From contig CM074804.1 of the NCBI GenBank assembly GCA_037447605.1, positions 868,001 to 932,000 of the forward strand: a stretch of 64,000 nt of DNA. Direction: 5' to 3'. Below are positions 47,376 through 60,822 of this stretch, piece after piece. The position numbers and the translations under genes were made by a program. This DNA comes from Zygnema circumcarinatum SAG 698-1b. Its lineage: Eukaryota; Plantae; Zygnematophyceae. Each line of letters starts with the position of its first letter. Position 1 is the first letter of the stretch. The notes beneath the pieces are model-generated. The model was not told the DNA's origin. It made no database searches and was given only the letters and a program-made list of their open reading frames with translations.

Positions 47376-48888
47376 AAAAAAAAAAAAAAAAAACCTTCGT
47401 ACCCAGGCTATCGCGCAGAATCGTTGTACGGTCGCTGGACCTCGGATCCGCGTCCGATCATTTCCCGGTCCGACTCATCGCGGGATCGTGACGACTGGAC
47501 GGAACGCGCCCGCCGCCCGCCACCGTCCACTGCCGAACCGCCACGTCAACCAGAGCGGCTCGTCATGAGATCTTTCGAATCTACGCAGAGTTGACTCAAG
47601 TTGCGCTACGCGACACCGCCGCCCGCGCCCCTGTTCGCGTGCAAATTCCACTGCCGCCCGCCGCCGCTCACCCTCCGCCCCCCCTGGCCGCCGCCGCCAG
47701 CTGGCGCCCAGCCCGTGACCCACAGTGACGTGGCGCTTGGGGCGGCGGCCGCCTGTGGCGCATCGCATGCCTGGTCGGCGCGGCCCATGGCCAATGGCGT
47801 GCGCGCGCTATAGACGCCCGCCAGCGCGGCGCACTGTTCCCCGATCTGTCGGCGCGCGCTAGGGCAGCCAGGCCTGACGCGGTCTCCAGTCGTACGGCCG
47901 CCGCATCCGCCCGCCCGCCCGGCCGCGGCTCCGGCGGGCGGGCGGGCCAAAATTTGTTCATTGAAGGGCCGCCCAGGCACAGTCCCGGCCCGGGCCCTCC
48001 CGCGCGCCGACAAGGGGGCCCTCTGCCTGCCCGCCCGCCCGCCCGCCCGCCCTGCGGACATTTTTGTCCTGCCCGAGCGAGGGCGGGCGGGGTTGGCCGT
48101 TGAGCCGCCCGATCGCTCTCCGCAGATCCACTCGCCGCCTCTCAGTTCAACGCTCCCCGGAAACGCGCGCACGCGCCCGATTGGCGGCGGCGGTCAAAGA
48201 TGTCGGCGGGCTCTCTTTGGCGCCCCGCGAGGCGGCGCTGGCACGCGCGCAAGTGGGCCCTCGGGCCTGGGCCGTCCGTACTACCTCGTACGGCGCCGCC
48301 CGCCCCCGGGCGCTTGAACGCCAAGAAGGACCCGACTTTTGGCGGTGCGCGCTGCCGCCCGCCCCCGCGACGCGCCACGTGGCCGCATGACCACGGGCCG
48401 CGTGCCGGGGCGCTGCGGGGGACGGGACCGCCGCGACGGAGTTGACCTCTCGTCCCATGATGACCCGTTCCGTTCTGTTCGCGCTGTCCGTAAAACTAGC
48501 GGATCCATGCACCAGGTAGTTGCGAAGCCCGTTGGCCGAACTGTGAGAGGTGTCACGCTGTACCGTGCGACGGAACGCGGCGCGAACACTTCGACCAGGT
48601 TTGTTGTATTTACAAAAACAAAAACTTGTTGAGCCGTCCGCGGCATGTGCGCTCCATTCGGGCGGGCGGGTGGAGGAGGGAGGGCAACAAAACGGTCCAA
48701 ACAATAAGGCTCTGGTCGCGGCGTGGCTGGCTACAACACATAGTTTGAGACCAAAAGCTTTTTAACGTTCATTGCTTACAATTTCGCTTTCCAAAAATGT
48801 TTCCTTTTTTTTCTTTTGATTTTCCAGATACCGTCACTGCCCTAGATACCATGGTTGTAAGAACAGACACGCGTAAGTTAGGCTATTT

Positions 48889-51707
48889 CTAACGCGAGTA
48901 GCTCTGCTTTGTCGGCCGTCCTCGACGCCGTCCCTTTGAACCGCCTCCTCCCGCCTTCCCCGGCGGCCTTGAAAGGGACTTGATGGCCATGCGGGGCTTC
49001 ATGTCCATCATGGCATGCGGCAATACGGCGGCAGCGCACACAAGCTTCCCGTGCCGAAGTGGCAGAACTTCGATCACAACCACCGCCTGTAAAGTCCCAC
49101 TCCCCGCACCCAACATTGAACGATAGCGATAACACATCGACGAAGGCGTGCATGCATGTGTGCATGCAGGAAAGTTTCGAAGGGCGATTGAGAGGAGGTT
49201 GCACCTCAGGCTGGTTGAGGTCCACCTGTGTTCCTCTCTGACCTGCCGCCTCCTTCACGGCTTCAGCGACAGAGGCAATGCACTCGCCTCTTTCAAGCTC
49301 TGCCAAGCAGCTGCCACGCACTTCATTCCCTCCTTTTACTCCCAACTCCTTCTCACCTTCAGCATGCAGCAGGACTTGCGACCCCTTCTGCGAACTGTCT
49401 GCCTCCGGCCCCCGTTTCTTGTATGCCACTGCAAACTGCCAAAAGAGACAAGCAAGCTGGTTTAATCATAAGCTCACGCTTGCACAGAACAGAGGAAGGC
49501 GTTTTTTCAGTTTCTGATGACTCCCTCAAAGACACTTCTCAAAATAAATCAACAACAGTTCCCTTCCTTCGTAGCTTCAAATATATCTTGCTGAGGTTTT
49601 ATAAAGTTTCGCTTGTGTGGGAATTGGCATGTGCAGAAACATCATAGTTCTCCTCATCCAGGTTTGATTGTCATGGAATAATGAAAGGCTACAATCATCC
49701 AGAATGAGCTCGTGCTTTTCCTTGGAAGCAGCTCCTGGGCTGTCATTTTGGAAATTAGGGGGCTGTTGACAGTAATGAATCTGAGACCATTAAAAAACGA
49801 TGGCTTCCTAGCATCCCCTGACTTGAAGAAGCACACACAGGTCTTCTTCCCGGTAATCCCTCAGCCAATATTGGATGATTCTTCTCTGTTCCGGCTGCCT
49901 CTCGACGAATTAGAGTAAGAGATACGTGAAAACGAGAGATAAGGTCAAACATTCACCTTCAGAGGCTTGTCGGAATGGGCCGGTTCACGATAAGCTTCAA
50001 GATAAGTCCGCATAAGGCTGCATACTAGTGGTTTCAGGGCCGATGTGGAGGGCGGACATGTGGCCTGCACTGGCACAATGCGCGCACACCACCTGCAAGG
50101 AGGTGCATCCGGGACAGGTCTCAACTGGTTAAGGTCTCAAATGGTTGAAGCCTCAAGCAGTGAAGGTGAAGTTAGATTGAAGGTTAAGGTTAAGTTATCA
50201 GCTAACCTGAGAAGGAAGCTTAGAAAATTCATGAAAAAGATAACTAGGCAAAAGGACTCACTGCAGCGGCTTTCGGCTACCCGAACAGATGTCTTCCAAT
50301 AGGCTCCTTACGACTTCAACTGGACCCCTTCCTGTGTATTCCTTTGATAAACTTATGAATGCCACTCCCATGCTGCCTAGCTTGACCAAAGATAGCCCTA
50401 ATATTGACCTTTCCTTGGCTTTGTCCGCAAGTGAGTTTCCATCTTCAGCTTGCCTACCCGCTTCAACACTTACACATTCTGCTGACAACCTTTCCTCTAC
50501 AACCACTTCGGCGCTTAATGAGAAATTTTCCGATTCATTGGCATGTATAGTGCTGAGACCACCATCACCTGTACAGAATTTTCTATCAGAATTATCCGCA
50601 GGGAGTTTCTTATCAACGCCTTCCTTTACAAAGCCTCCTGCAGCTGATTCTTCCCCCTGCTTAGCAACCGCTTTAACATGGCACTCAGCCTGAACTTGCG
50701 GCTGATGTTGACAGAGATACTGCACAGCACAATAGAATGTTTGGTTAAAGTGTCTAAAAACCGGTCATCCTCTAGTCCAAAGATTCATAATAAACCACGA
50801 TAATCTCGACTTACATTTGCAAATAAATATGCTGAAGTATATCGTAAAACTTGTATCCTGGACTTTGGACAGTAATTCTTATGTCGATAACAGGAGCTGG
50901 TTGCGGATTTACCTCTGGCAGGACAGCCATTGCTTCATTCGTTGCACTCTTTTCTCGTCCTGTGACAACCATCAGTCACAAATGCTTTAGGCATTCATCA
51001 ATCATGATAGGAATCGGAGCCTGACAAACGGTTCGTTACATAACAGGATGAATATGTTGCCTAAGATGATCTATTTTTCTGACAGTTGCGAGTCTTCCTT
51101 CCATTGCCAGATTTTTGGCTATTGTAGACATATTATAACTTATATCAACAACCGAACTCTCTTCCGGTTCGTTCTGTAAATCATGTTATCGGATGATTGC
51201 CTTGTCCATATTCATAACCAGCTTAATGTCGAAATCATTTAATCCGTGTTCTATCCTTCGTTCACATACACTTCTGGCTGCGCAACATACTTCAGGCTTC
51301 AGACTGCGACCTAATTCCTGTACTTGTGTATGAAAAACAAGGGTTCAAGTTAAGAGTGCCAACTTACTAAATCCACATGTGATGAGAAAGCCTGCCCTCC
51401 CTTCAAAAAGAGATTCTTCTCCCTTATAGTCGAACCTCGGCATGTTAATAACTGCAGAATGTTGCTCCCAGGGAGCCATTTCCCATTTCTCTGTTGCATT
51501 ATGCTCTTCCTTACTCACATTCGCATTCCAGCTATCTGGCTCCGCAGGAGCAACGCCCCTTCCTTCTTCAACATGCTCCGCCTGGTGAGCCTGTTGATTA
51601 CCAGGAGAGGCAGTTCCGCATTCATATGCAGCATTTTCCCCCTTGTTTGATCCACCAAGACGAGCTTTCTTTAGAAGAGGTTCAGGGATTTCATTACTGG
51701 CATTCAT
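48889..51707 (-). CDS. THUMP-domain-like protein (plant family with MAPWEQHS..PRFDY motif)
   Basis: Exons: MAPWEQHSAVINMPRFDYK..GFLITCGF|RREKSATNEAMAVLPE|..LSLVKLGSMG..|WCARIVPVQATC..|FAVAYKKRG..VDLNQPE|..VVIEVLP..PRMAIKSL. The THUMP assignment is from family recall. Confidence 0.75.
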
Positions 51708-52204
51708 GGCTGATATTGGAAGGACTCAGCTTCAGGAGAGCGAGGATGCCGCAACCTCTGCAATGAGTGCTTCAACGACCTTCATATCGCAGGAATGAAA
51801 TGCTTCACAAAGCCTTTTGACAAATGCAAGCCTTGTAGTCATTGGATCATGACTTTCGTAAAAAGTTGATGAGACGCGAAACCCTAAACTTCTGAAGCGT
51901 TTTCCTTCCGCAACAGGTCTGCGCTGAGAGCGCATTCAGCTACAATCAGCGTCCCGAGCCATTTGCAGAGTCATGCACGATGTGTATTGATGCTTATGTC
52001 GTCGGAAAGGGCGAGCACAAATGATTTGCATGCTTTGGCTGCCTCCTTGCAGGAGAGCCTTCCTGCTTGGCCTGATGAAGTTAGGGTTTCTGGTGACTGT
52101 TTGTCTCTCACCTAGTCGATCCTTTCGCCTTGAAACTTCGTAGCATCGTAATCAATTCAGCCAACGCCTTTCTGAAGCTCCTCATGAAGTTAACTCTTTT
52201 GTAT
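51708..52204. promoter_or_regulatory. short bidirectional promoter with a telo-box facing each gene
   Basis: AAACCCTAAA at 51879-51888 and TTAGGGTTT at 52081-52089, between the divergent THUMP-like and RCE1 starts. Confidence 0.55.
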
Positions 52205-55200
52205 ATGTCAAATGAGACCAGATCAGCATTGGTCTCTTACTTTGTTTCTAAACATCCTGAAAGTGCACCGCGAAGGACGCTATCTCCTTCTTTAGCAATC
52301 TCCTTATGTGCTTTGATTGCTGTGGAGTTTGTTGGTAGCCTTTATCTATGGGAACTTGCAAGGTATAGAGCTGGGAAGCTTATTCTGAATAGAAATGCAC
52401 CAGAAGTGGTTGTTCGTCGATTCATCGCTTCTGCAGTAGCCAGCATTATCGCAGCTTCAATTCTTCAAGTGTCAAGGAATGTATGGATGGTGAGGCTCGC
52501 CTGCTGGATTTCTCAAAAATAGATCACAGTAAAATAAACAGACGTTGGAAGGAGCAGAACAGTATGAAGGATTAACATAGCATGTTGTGATTCTACCAAT
52601 TTCAAACACTCCAAGAAGAGAGATGTTATGTTTCAGAAATGGTTGATTGGGGTTTTGAAACGAGTTCCACAGTCGGCTAGCAAAAAGTATCAGAATGGTG
52701 GAAAACAGGAAAAGTGCGACCATCAGCCGATGATGTTTTGTTACATTTCGCTGAGTACCACGATTTTGTCGCTCATACATTTTTGGTTAGCAGCGTTTAT
52801 GCTCTGTAGTCACTGTTGTGTGAAGTACGCACATCATATACTGTGAACTGGTTCCAGTTGAAGATTTCTGGACTAAACACGAGATGCCTTTCATAAGAAG
52901 CAAGCCTAAAGCCTAATGCAATTAAGGGCTAGGATAAGAAAATCATTATTCCATTTTCTTATACGTTTTTCAGAATGTGAACGAGCGTGGGAGTCCATCC
53001 CTTTTTTTGCTTCTCGGCATTCGTCTGGATCACATTGTAAGCGAGATCCTCATCTTGCCCTCACTCGTGGCCGCAAGTTTTCCGCAAGTTTTCATTCTTT
53101 CTATATCTCTCTCTCTCTCGCTCTCTCTCGCATGTTGTAAAGTACATCCATTTAACTTGTATTTGCCTTCTCCTTTATAAACGCATTTATTCTGTATAGC
53201 ACCTTGCACAAAAAAATCGTGGAAGCGTGCCTTTGAATGATTTAGTGGCAACTGCTGCGCCACCTTCTTTATGTCATCTATTTGCCTTTTGAGCATTATA
53301 CAAAAACATTGGCATTGAGCTCTGATGGCGACGCCATAAAGCGAAGAAGAAGAAGAAGAAGAAGAAGAATAAGGCAATATGTAGAACCAACGCAGGTTCC
53401 TCCTTTTAGAGAGCTGCTTTTCCCTATAAAAACTTTACACTTGAAGGCCATATGATTATCATGCGTACATTGGAACGGGGCATTTGCATGTGTCGTAGTA
53501 TCGATCTGCGGTTTTTTGTCTTTATTGTAGATGATATGGATCTACAAGTCTAACCACCGAATTACATTGATCTGCCTTCCATATGTGCACACTTCTCCAG
53601 TCTTCTGTCCTCCCTTTTTGCTCTCACATAACTAGGGTCGTTGGGACACTTAAGGATAAAATGTGATGAGAAGATTGTTGGGGGCACCCAAAAAGACACT
53701 GCAAATATTTTCTCTTAATACTACCGTTGCTTCTTGTTGCAGTGTCAGGCAGTTCTTTTCCCCTTGAGCTTGACAGCTGTTCTTTTTTTTGGGCCAATAG
53801 TCCTGGCGGTGGTCGACTGGGCTATCAGTGAACAGCTGTCAAGTGGCGGGTCCAACTTCATGTGGAAAGCATGTGATGGAGTCATTTCAAGCGCTTGTGA
53901 TGCTGCTAAAGATGTTCTTTCTTGGAGAAATTACATCGTGGTAAGCTGAACTCTCCTGCTACGTCATCCCCCTTGTTGAGTTTGAACATAAATATTTTGC
54001 ATTGCTGTATTTCAAAGTGTCCTCAAGTTTTTTTTAGCTACCTCCTAATTCAGCTAATGGCTGGTAGGGAAGTACCAATTCATAGTAGCTCAGCCCGTCT
54101 GCCTCCCTCCCATCTTCCCTTCCCAAAGCCCTCAAAAGAGACAAGCCGTTCCTTGCTTTTGCATCACTTATCCACCAACGTTATCTGTAAGAACATAACG
54201 AATACCATCCTCTTTTTCCTTCGAGATCGTATGGTTTGAATTCATGCATTTTGAGCAATTGGAATGCAGGCGCCCCTGACCGAGGAGTTAGTATTTCGCG
54301 CTTGTATGGTGCCGCTCCTTTTGGGAAGTGGTTTCAATATGAAGGCTGTCATCTTCATCTGTCCAATCTTCTTTGCAGCAGGTATATGAGGCTTTTGCTC
54401 CTTGTCTGAAGGACCTTTGTACCATTCAAAATGGCATTGAGGGATGCTCTCTGCTTGTATTTCAAATGTATAGCAACCAATAGTTGGAGTAAATCACAGC
54501 TTTTCAACTAATCATCCCATGCCATCCGTCTTGCCTTACCTCAGACCCTTAAGTCGGGATCCGTACTGATCACAATCAAAGTCCTGTGTTATGCTGTGCA
54601 AAGAAAACCGTGACTTTCAATTCCTCGCTTCATTCCATAAACGTGTTCTCAATCTAACAGTTAGGTTTGCCGTACATATACAGTAATGGACTGAAAGTGT
54701 AATAGATCGGTCCTCTAGTCTACTCCTCATTTTGAAGTTTGGAGGGGGAGAATGCTGATCCAGCCCATGTGCATCACTTTTGGTATCTCGTACATCACCA
54801 AAAGCAGATTCCATCTCGGGCTGCACTCATCACTGGTACGAAGAATCCTGCACTCATTGACAGCATCACTTGCCTCGATTCCATCATAAAATCTAAGTAC
54901 CAACATCAGACTCCTACCGTTAACACTTGCTATCATATCTCTAATAAATAAATAAAATAAAATAAAAAAATTTAAATAAAAAAAATCTATCCTATCTCTA
55001 ATTCTAACCCTTACCCTTTCCCTAACTCTAACTCTATCACTAACTCTATCCCAACCGTGACCTAACTCTAACCCTAATTTTAACCCTAACTTAACCGTAC
55101 CCTGACCATAACCCTATTCCTAATTCGGATCCTAACCCATTCGCAATCCTAATCCTAACCGTGATCTGATTCCATCTCTAACCCTACTTTTACTGCTAGT

Positions 55201-56894
55201 CCTAACCCTGAGCCGAACGAAAACCTCAACCCTAAACACTAATCCTAACCCTAACCCTACTCTAAGCCTAATCCTAACCCTAATCGCAACCTTACCCTAA
55301 CCCTAGCCTTATCCTTACCCTTATCCAAGTTTAACCGGAAGTCGTATTCAACCTCTGACCCTAATCCCGACCCGAACCTTAACGTTAACCCTAACCTTAA
55401 CCAACCTTCCAGTGATCCACGCTGCAAACTGGGGTTATTGTCTCGGAAAAATTCAGACTATACCAGAGCCAAAAAAGTGATAGGTACAATTCTAGGAAGC
55501 ACCGAACTGATTGTTGAGCCAGAAGCTTTAGGAGCTCTTTCTTAAAAGGGCTTTGAAATGACGACATTGCTCAGTTAGAGGCGTATAATTTTCATTTTGG
55601 CATTTTGGCTTTTTTGGTGTCACTCTCTCTCCGTCCCCTCGTTTTGCTCTTCTTTGTCTCGCCGACTAGCACTCTCTCCTCTCTCCTCTCTCGATTTCTC
55701 TTTCTCCCTTTCCGCTTTCCCTTCCCTCTCTCTATCCCTATCCCGCCTCCTCTCCCCCCTCTTTCTCTCTCGTTCTCTCCCCCTCTCTCTCCCGCTCCTC
55801 TGTCTCTCTCTTTCTTTGTGCCGCCCTGTCTCCTTGGAATCTGGCTCTCATTAGACGATCTTCCCTTTGTGTATTCGCAGTTCTGCAACTGAGTTATACG
55901 ACCCTTTTTGGATGGTATTCGACTTTTCTCTTCCTTCGTACAGGTAGGCGAGCCCTGCTTTTGGTGCGAGTCAAGATTTGAATCTTGAAGCACCGAAAAA
56001 CGTGGTATTCCATTTCAGGCTGCAAGTCCCAGTCCACGTGTTAGCTTCTGCGAGTGCAGGGCTGAATGCAAGAGGCACGAGCGCAACTTCAGGAATTTAA
56101 AAGCTAATTAGGATTGCTGAATTACAGGTTTGAGATCTTTAATTTCATTGCTATGTTTTTTCAGAGAGTGGATATTCTAACGCACGTTCTAGCTGCTTGG
56201 AGCCGATAGAAAATTGACTTTTCTCTTGAAAATTGAGGCTATGCAGGACACTTGTTGGGGCCCCTTGTCTCTCATAGTTTCTGCAACTTCATGGGTTTCC
56301 CCCCCTTGGGAGCGCTAGCTTCACATCGACATAGGGTTGGTATGTGACGCAAATCCATGAATGGCTTCAGCATATAACAATTACAATCTTATAATTATTA
56401 TACTCTTAGAAGCCTTAAAACTTGAAAGTACATAAACTCTAGAGATTTAACTGGTTATCTGTGGACCTAATTATGCACCTCCTTCGCATAATGGCTAGAG
56501 CTGTGGTCGAACTTGAAAATGGATGTAAACATCTCGTTTTGCCCTGCTAGCCTTTTGAGGAATGAAATGGGGAGAGAGGACTTTGTAAGCTAGCACTCTT
56601 CCTACAGCGTTCACAGTGATGTAAACTGACGAGTTAAAGCCTCACTCCCTCTTGCTCTCACCGCTTTTCCAACCTCAACCACCACCCCCCACTCACACAC
56701 TCCCTTCTCTCTCTCTCTCTCTCTCTCCACAATGCTTGTGGGTTTCTTTCTGCACAGTGATCTCCGCATGCTTCTTGCTCGGCTTCGTATCTTTCCTCAA
56801 GCTATGTGGACCCCTCTCATCGCCATCACTATACAACTCAAAAAGTATGTTGACCGAATGCCCATTAGGTCTCGGTTTTTGCCATTGGTCGTAA
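52205..56894 (+). CDS. RCE1: CAAX prenyl protease 2 (RCE1/FACE2, Abi/CPBP family)
   Basis: Exons: LAISLCALIAVEFVGSLYLW..VVRRFIAS; LLGIRLDHI; WRNYIV|APLTEELVFRACMVPLLL (EEXXXR); FFAA|AHVHH (FXXXH); LQLSYTTLFGWYSTFLFLRT|GHLLGPLVSHSFCNFMGFP (HXXXN); ends CHWS*. Confidence 0.9.
54985..55405. repeat. degenerate (CCCTAA)n telomere-like tract in an RCE1 intron
   Basis: About 420 bp with 6-nt periodicity (CCTAACCCTAACCCTAC, CTTACCCTAACCCTAG), preceded by an A-rich run at ~54945-54985. Confidence 0.8.
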
Positions 56895-58051
56895 CTTTCA
56901 AACCCTAGGATAAAATCTGCTGGCCTCGACCGGTTATCCATGACTGGCAAGGAGGCGGGGGAGGACTCCAAATTAGTCGGTCAGTCCCCCCTTTTGCGTG
57001 ACTTGTAAATCATTCGTCTTACATGGCCAATCCCATTCCGTTATAATTAGCATTCTTTTTGTCTCTTGTTCTCTACATCAATTAGTCTAGAAATGATCTC
57101 AAATTTGTACATCATTTGCTGCATGAAGATGTTAGGAGTGGTGATCTGCTTCAGGCAGAAGCAGTCGAAGAAAGCAATAGTTGGAAAGCCCAAGTTTGTA
57201 TATCGAGAATGAGTGTGAATCAGGCGCTGCAAGTGCAATTTTCCTGGAATTCAGCGTTGAGTTATTTGGCATTAGATGAAGGAGTCAAACATTCCTTCCC
57301 CCATTCTTTTCTTCCCCCCCTCGACACCCCCCCCTTCCCCCCCTCCTTCGCAATTTTCCCTCCCTCCCCCCTCACCCCCCTCCATCTCCTTCCTCACCCT
57401 CTAAATCCTCCTCCCTCCCCCCTCAATCCCCCCGCCCTCCTCTCAATCCACTCCTTTCCTCTCTTATATCTTCCCCTCCCTCCCTATCCCCCTCAATCCC
57501 TTCCCTCGACCCCCTGCCCCGCCCTCTCACTCAACTCTCTCCACTCTCACATGGTTATATCTGGCATGTGATGTACGATCGTATCGTTTTTTATCATTTA
57601 ACGACACCATTCGTGAGATGATATCGCTTTTTGTTACGATCCTGTATCCTGATATAGCGTTTTATTGGCTTGATGTTTTAATCTGTCTGCGAATATGACG
57701 TAAGTTACTCCCGTCCCGTTATATGGGACGGTTGAAACCTGACAGGGGTGCCGGTATGAGATCATTTCAAGCGCTTGACTCCGCAAAGCTTCACTTCACG
57801 TCTCCTGGCTCTCTGCATGAGCTCCTGCCCCATATGCCTTCAAATCCACCTAAATCCCTCCTTCTCTGTCTTTCCCTCCTCTCTCTCGCTCTTTCTCTCT
57901 TTCTCTCTCTCTCTCTCTCTCCTTTCTTCACTCCATCTGTCTATATCTCTCGCCCGCAATCTCAGACTCCGCATGATGAAACCAAAAGAGCTCAAACTCA
58001 AACTTAAACAAACTCCACATATGGAACAAACTAGCCGTTCATTTTATTCTT

Positions 58052-60745
58052 TCATCGGACGGCATACAGTTGCTTCGCTTTGCAATACTTCAGGTAGAAT
58101 TTTCGCGTGACCTCATTCCCAGCTCCGCCCGGCCCTCCCTTGAAGGCCATCACTGTGAACTCCTCACCACGAGGAACCCCCCCATTGGTCAGCAGCCACG
58201 ACACATAGGCCGCTCCAAAGTACATGGACGTGAAGGGACGACGCATGTCCGAGTCTCCGTCGAGGGCGTAGGCAGTGAAGGAGAGGTCCCTGCACATCGA
58301 AATGTCCCAAGGTCATAATGAAATAAGACGAAACAGATAGATGTGGGGATAATGAATCTACACCCTCAGCGACAACAACGACGACAAAGCAAACCCTTTG
58401 TCCTCCCTCGGTGTCAACAGCAATCCTTCAAACAGCCTTTTTGAACCCCCTCCCCTCTCCCCTCTCCTCTCTCCCCTCTCCCCACTCCCCACTCCCCACT
58501 CCCCACTCCCCACTCCACACTTGTGGTTCACTTTTCCACGACCGCCCTTTCTCACCTGAAAAGCCACCTGGCGGTGTTGGGTGCCACCTGCATGATGCCC
58601 ATGCCTGCGTCCACCATCCGCATGCTGCCGGCTTCCGCCAAAGCACATAACATCGCCTGCCAATGAAATACTGCCAGCTGTCACACTGCTTCTCTCAACA
58701 CCCGATCTACATTCTCAACGCGACTCTCCACTGTGGAGCAATAGATCCTAAGCCTACTACAAATTCATACAATCATAGCTTCGGCTACGAGAATGTTTGA
58801 GCTCTAAAATGTAAGATTTTTACCTTATCCAGGCCCTTGCCAAGGAAATGTTTTCGAACAATTATTTCAGCAACAGCTTTCAACTCCTCCTTAGTCAAAT
58901 ACGGCCGCAAATTGTCATCTCTGCAGAAGCGGACTCGGCCGGGATTCTCCCCTGCTTTGCGCCATTGCTGACTCACCACCGGGTCATTCCAAAGCTCTGC
59001 AATGTCAGCAGAGGATGCTCGCTCTTCCCAGTATGTCCATCCGGGAAGGAAATTCGAAGGCCGGATATCGTTATTTCCAGAAGTTCGTAGAGCCGAACAA
59101 ATTTCCTGTTTCTGCGGGTCTTGGGTATGCTGAGAAGGAAGTACTGTAAGGTTCTTTTTTGGTGGTGCCTTTGAAAGGACACCTTGATTAAAAGGAGAAG
59201 TAGAGGAGTCGGAGGGGAATGACAAGACAGCGGAAGTATTTGAATTGGTTGCGGAAACAGCCCCTCTCGATTGAAGGTAGTTTATGTAAACCTGGAGAAG
59301 GAGCAGCAGAAGGGAGCATTTGAAGGGTTCCTTCAGCAATCGCGAAAGTTACTTTCTCTCTCTCTCTCTTTTGTACCAACTTTACTGTCTTTTCTCCTTC
59401 GACTTAAGAACTAAAGCACTTGAAAAACTCACCTGTTTTGCTATGAGATATTTTTCCCAGTAGCGTTCCGTTCGGACCTGTTCCGCTCCTCCCGGGCCGC
59501 CGTTGTAGCCTCGTACCATAAACTCCTCGCCCCGTTGCCTGCCACGGAGGTTCAGCGTTCTCATGAATTACAATCTCTGGGAATTCAGTGCTTCAGCGTC
59601 TTTAAAAAAAATCAAAAAAACGAATGCTATCGTTTACAGTTTGCGCGATAAGAAGGAACCAATCATTCGATTTAACAAAGTAGACCCATTCACTTTGATG
59701 GCAGACCCACCTCCCCTTATAAGTTGAGAGCCAATTCAAGTATGCGCATCCGTAATATACCGCCACAAAGGGTCGGTAGAGAGGCGTCACGGCCCAGTCA
59801 ACGGAGTACGCCCTATAACCCATGTCAGTGGCTAACCACTCGCCGGTCGACTGCAGCACCTGCAGCAGCAGCGAGTGGTCTGCAGAGAAAGTGAGCGCTT
59901 CTGCTGCTTTCCTCCGTCTACTCTGCCTCCTCTCTCTCCTCTCTCTCGACGACCTCCCTCTCATATTCCCCTGCTCATGTCCGCCACGAAATCCGTCCGT
60001 CTACGAAAGTTTGCCATTGCTTCCTCTACACCTCTTTCCGCCTCCCTCTCCGTCTCTCACATGCACATACAATTCCTCTCATACATAGACCCCCTCCGCA
60101 TGTGCACACCTCACATAAAACATCCCCACTTCCCTCTCTCACTCACACGCACAAACTTACCCCCACGCACCACAAGCCCCCACAAGACACAAACTCCCTC
60201 TCCAGCCCCCCCCTTCACCCTTCCTTGTCCTTGTCTTTCTCTCTCTCTCTCTCTCCCGCCCGCACACACACATTCTCACTCTCACGCACATCCCCTCCCC
60301 CCGCACACTCCAGCCCCACTCCCCCCCCCACCCTCGCTGCCACTCTCCCCCTCTCCCCCTCTCCCACCCACTTGCATGAGCCCGGTGCTAGCCTCCCCCC
60401 TTGCCGCCTCAAATCGGTACGCAAGCGGCTGCCGGCCGCTCTCCGCCTCCACCACCGCCGCCACCATGAGGCCGCTCAGCCGGCCCGCAAAGTGCCGCCC
60501 AATCACAGCCTCCGCCACCGCCCACACTTCTGCAACGCGCGCAGGAGAGGAGGGCTCAGCTCTCCCGCTCCACTCTCTCCCTTGCTCTCTTCAATTTCTC
60601 ACTAGCACTCCTCGCCCAGTTTCTGGAACTGCAGTGAAGTGGTCGCATGCTCGAAGAAAGCATTTGGAGCGGAGGATTGTGGGAATCAGGAAAGGCTTAA
60701 TCAGCTTGCTCGCAAAGAATGCGCACGCACATGCACACCGCGCGG

Positions 60746-60822
<77 letters not shown>

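Larger units (their letters stand above)
45244..48735. mobile_element. putative GC-rich non-autonomous element hosting the Mutator-like foldback
   Basis: (CCCG)n arrays near both ends; a 32-bp perfect palindrome at 45519-45550; loosely inverted termini (TAGGCCAGCCAGCC..CCAGAGC vs GCTCTGG..GGCTGGCTA). No TSD found. Confidence 0.35.
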
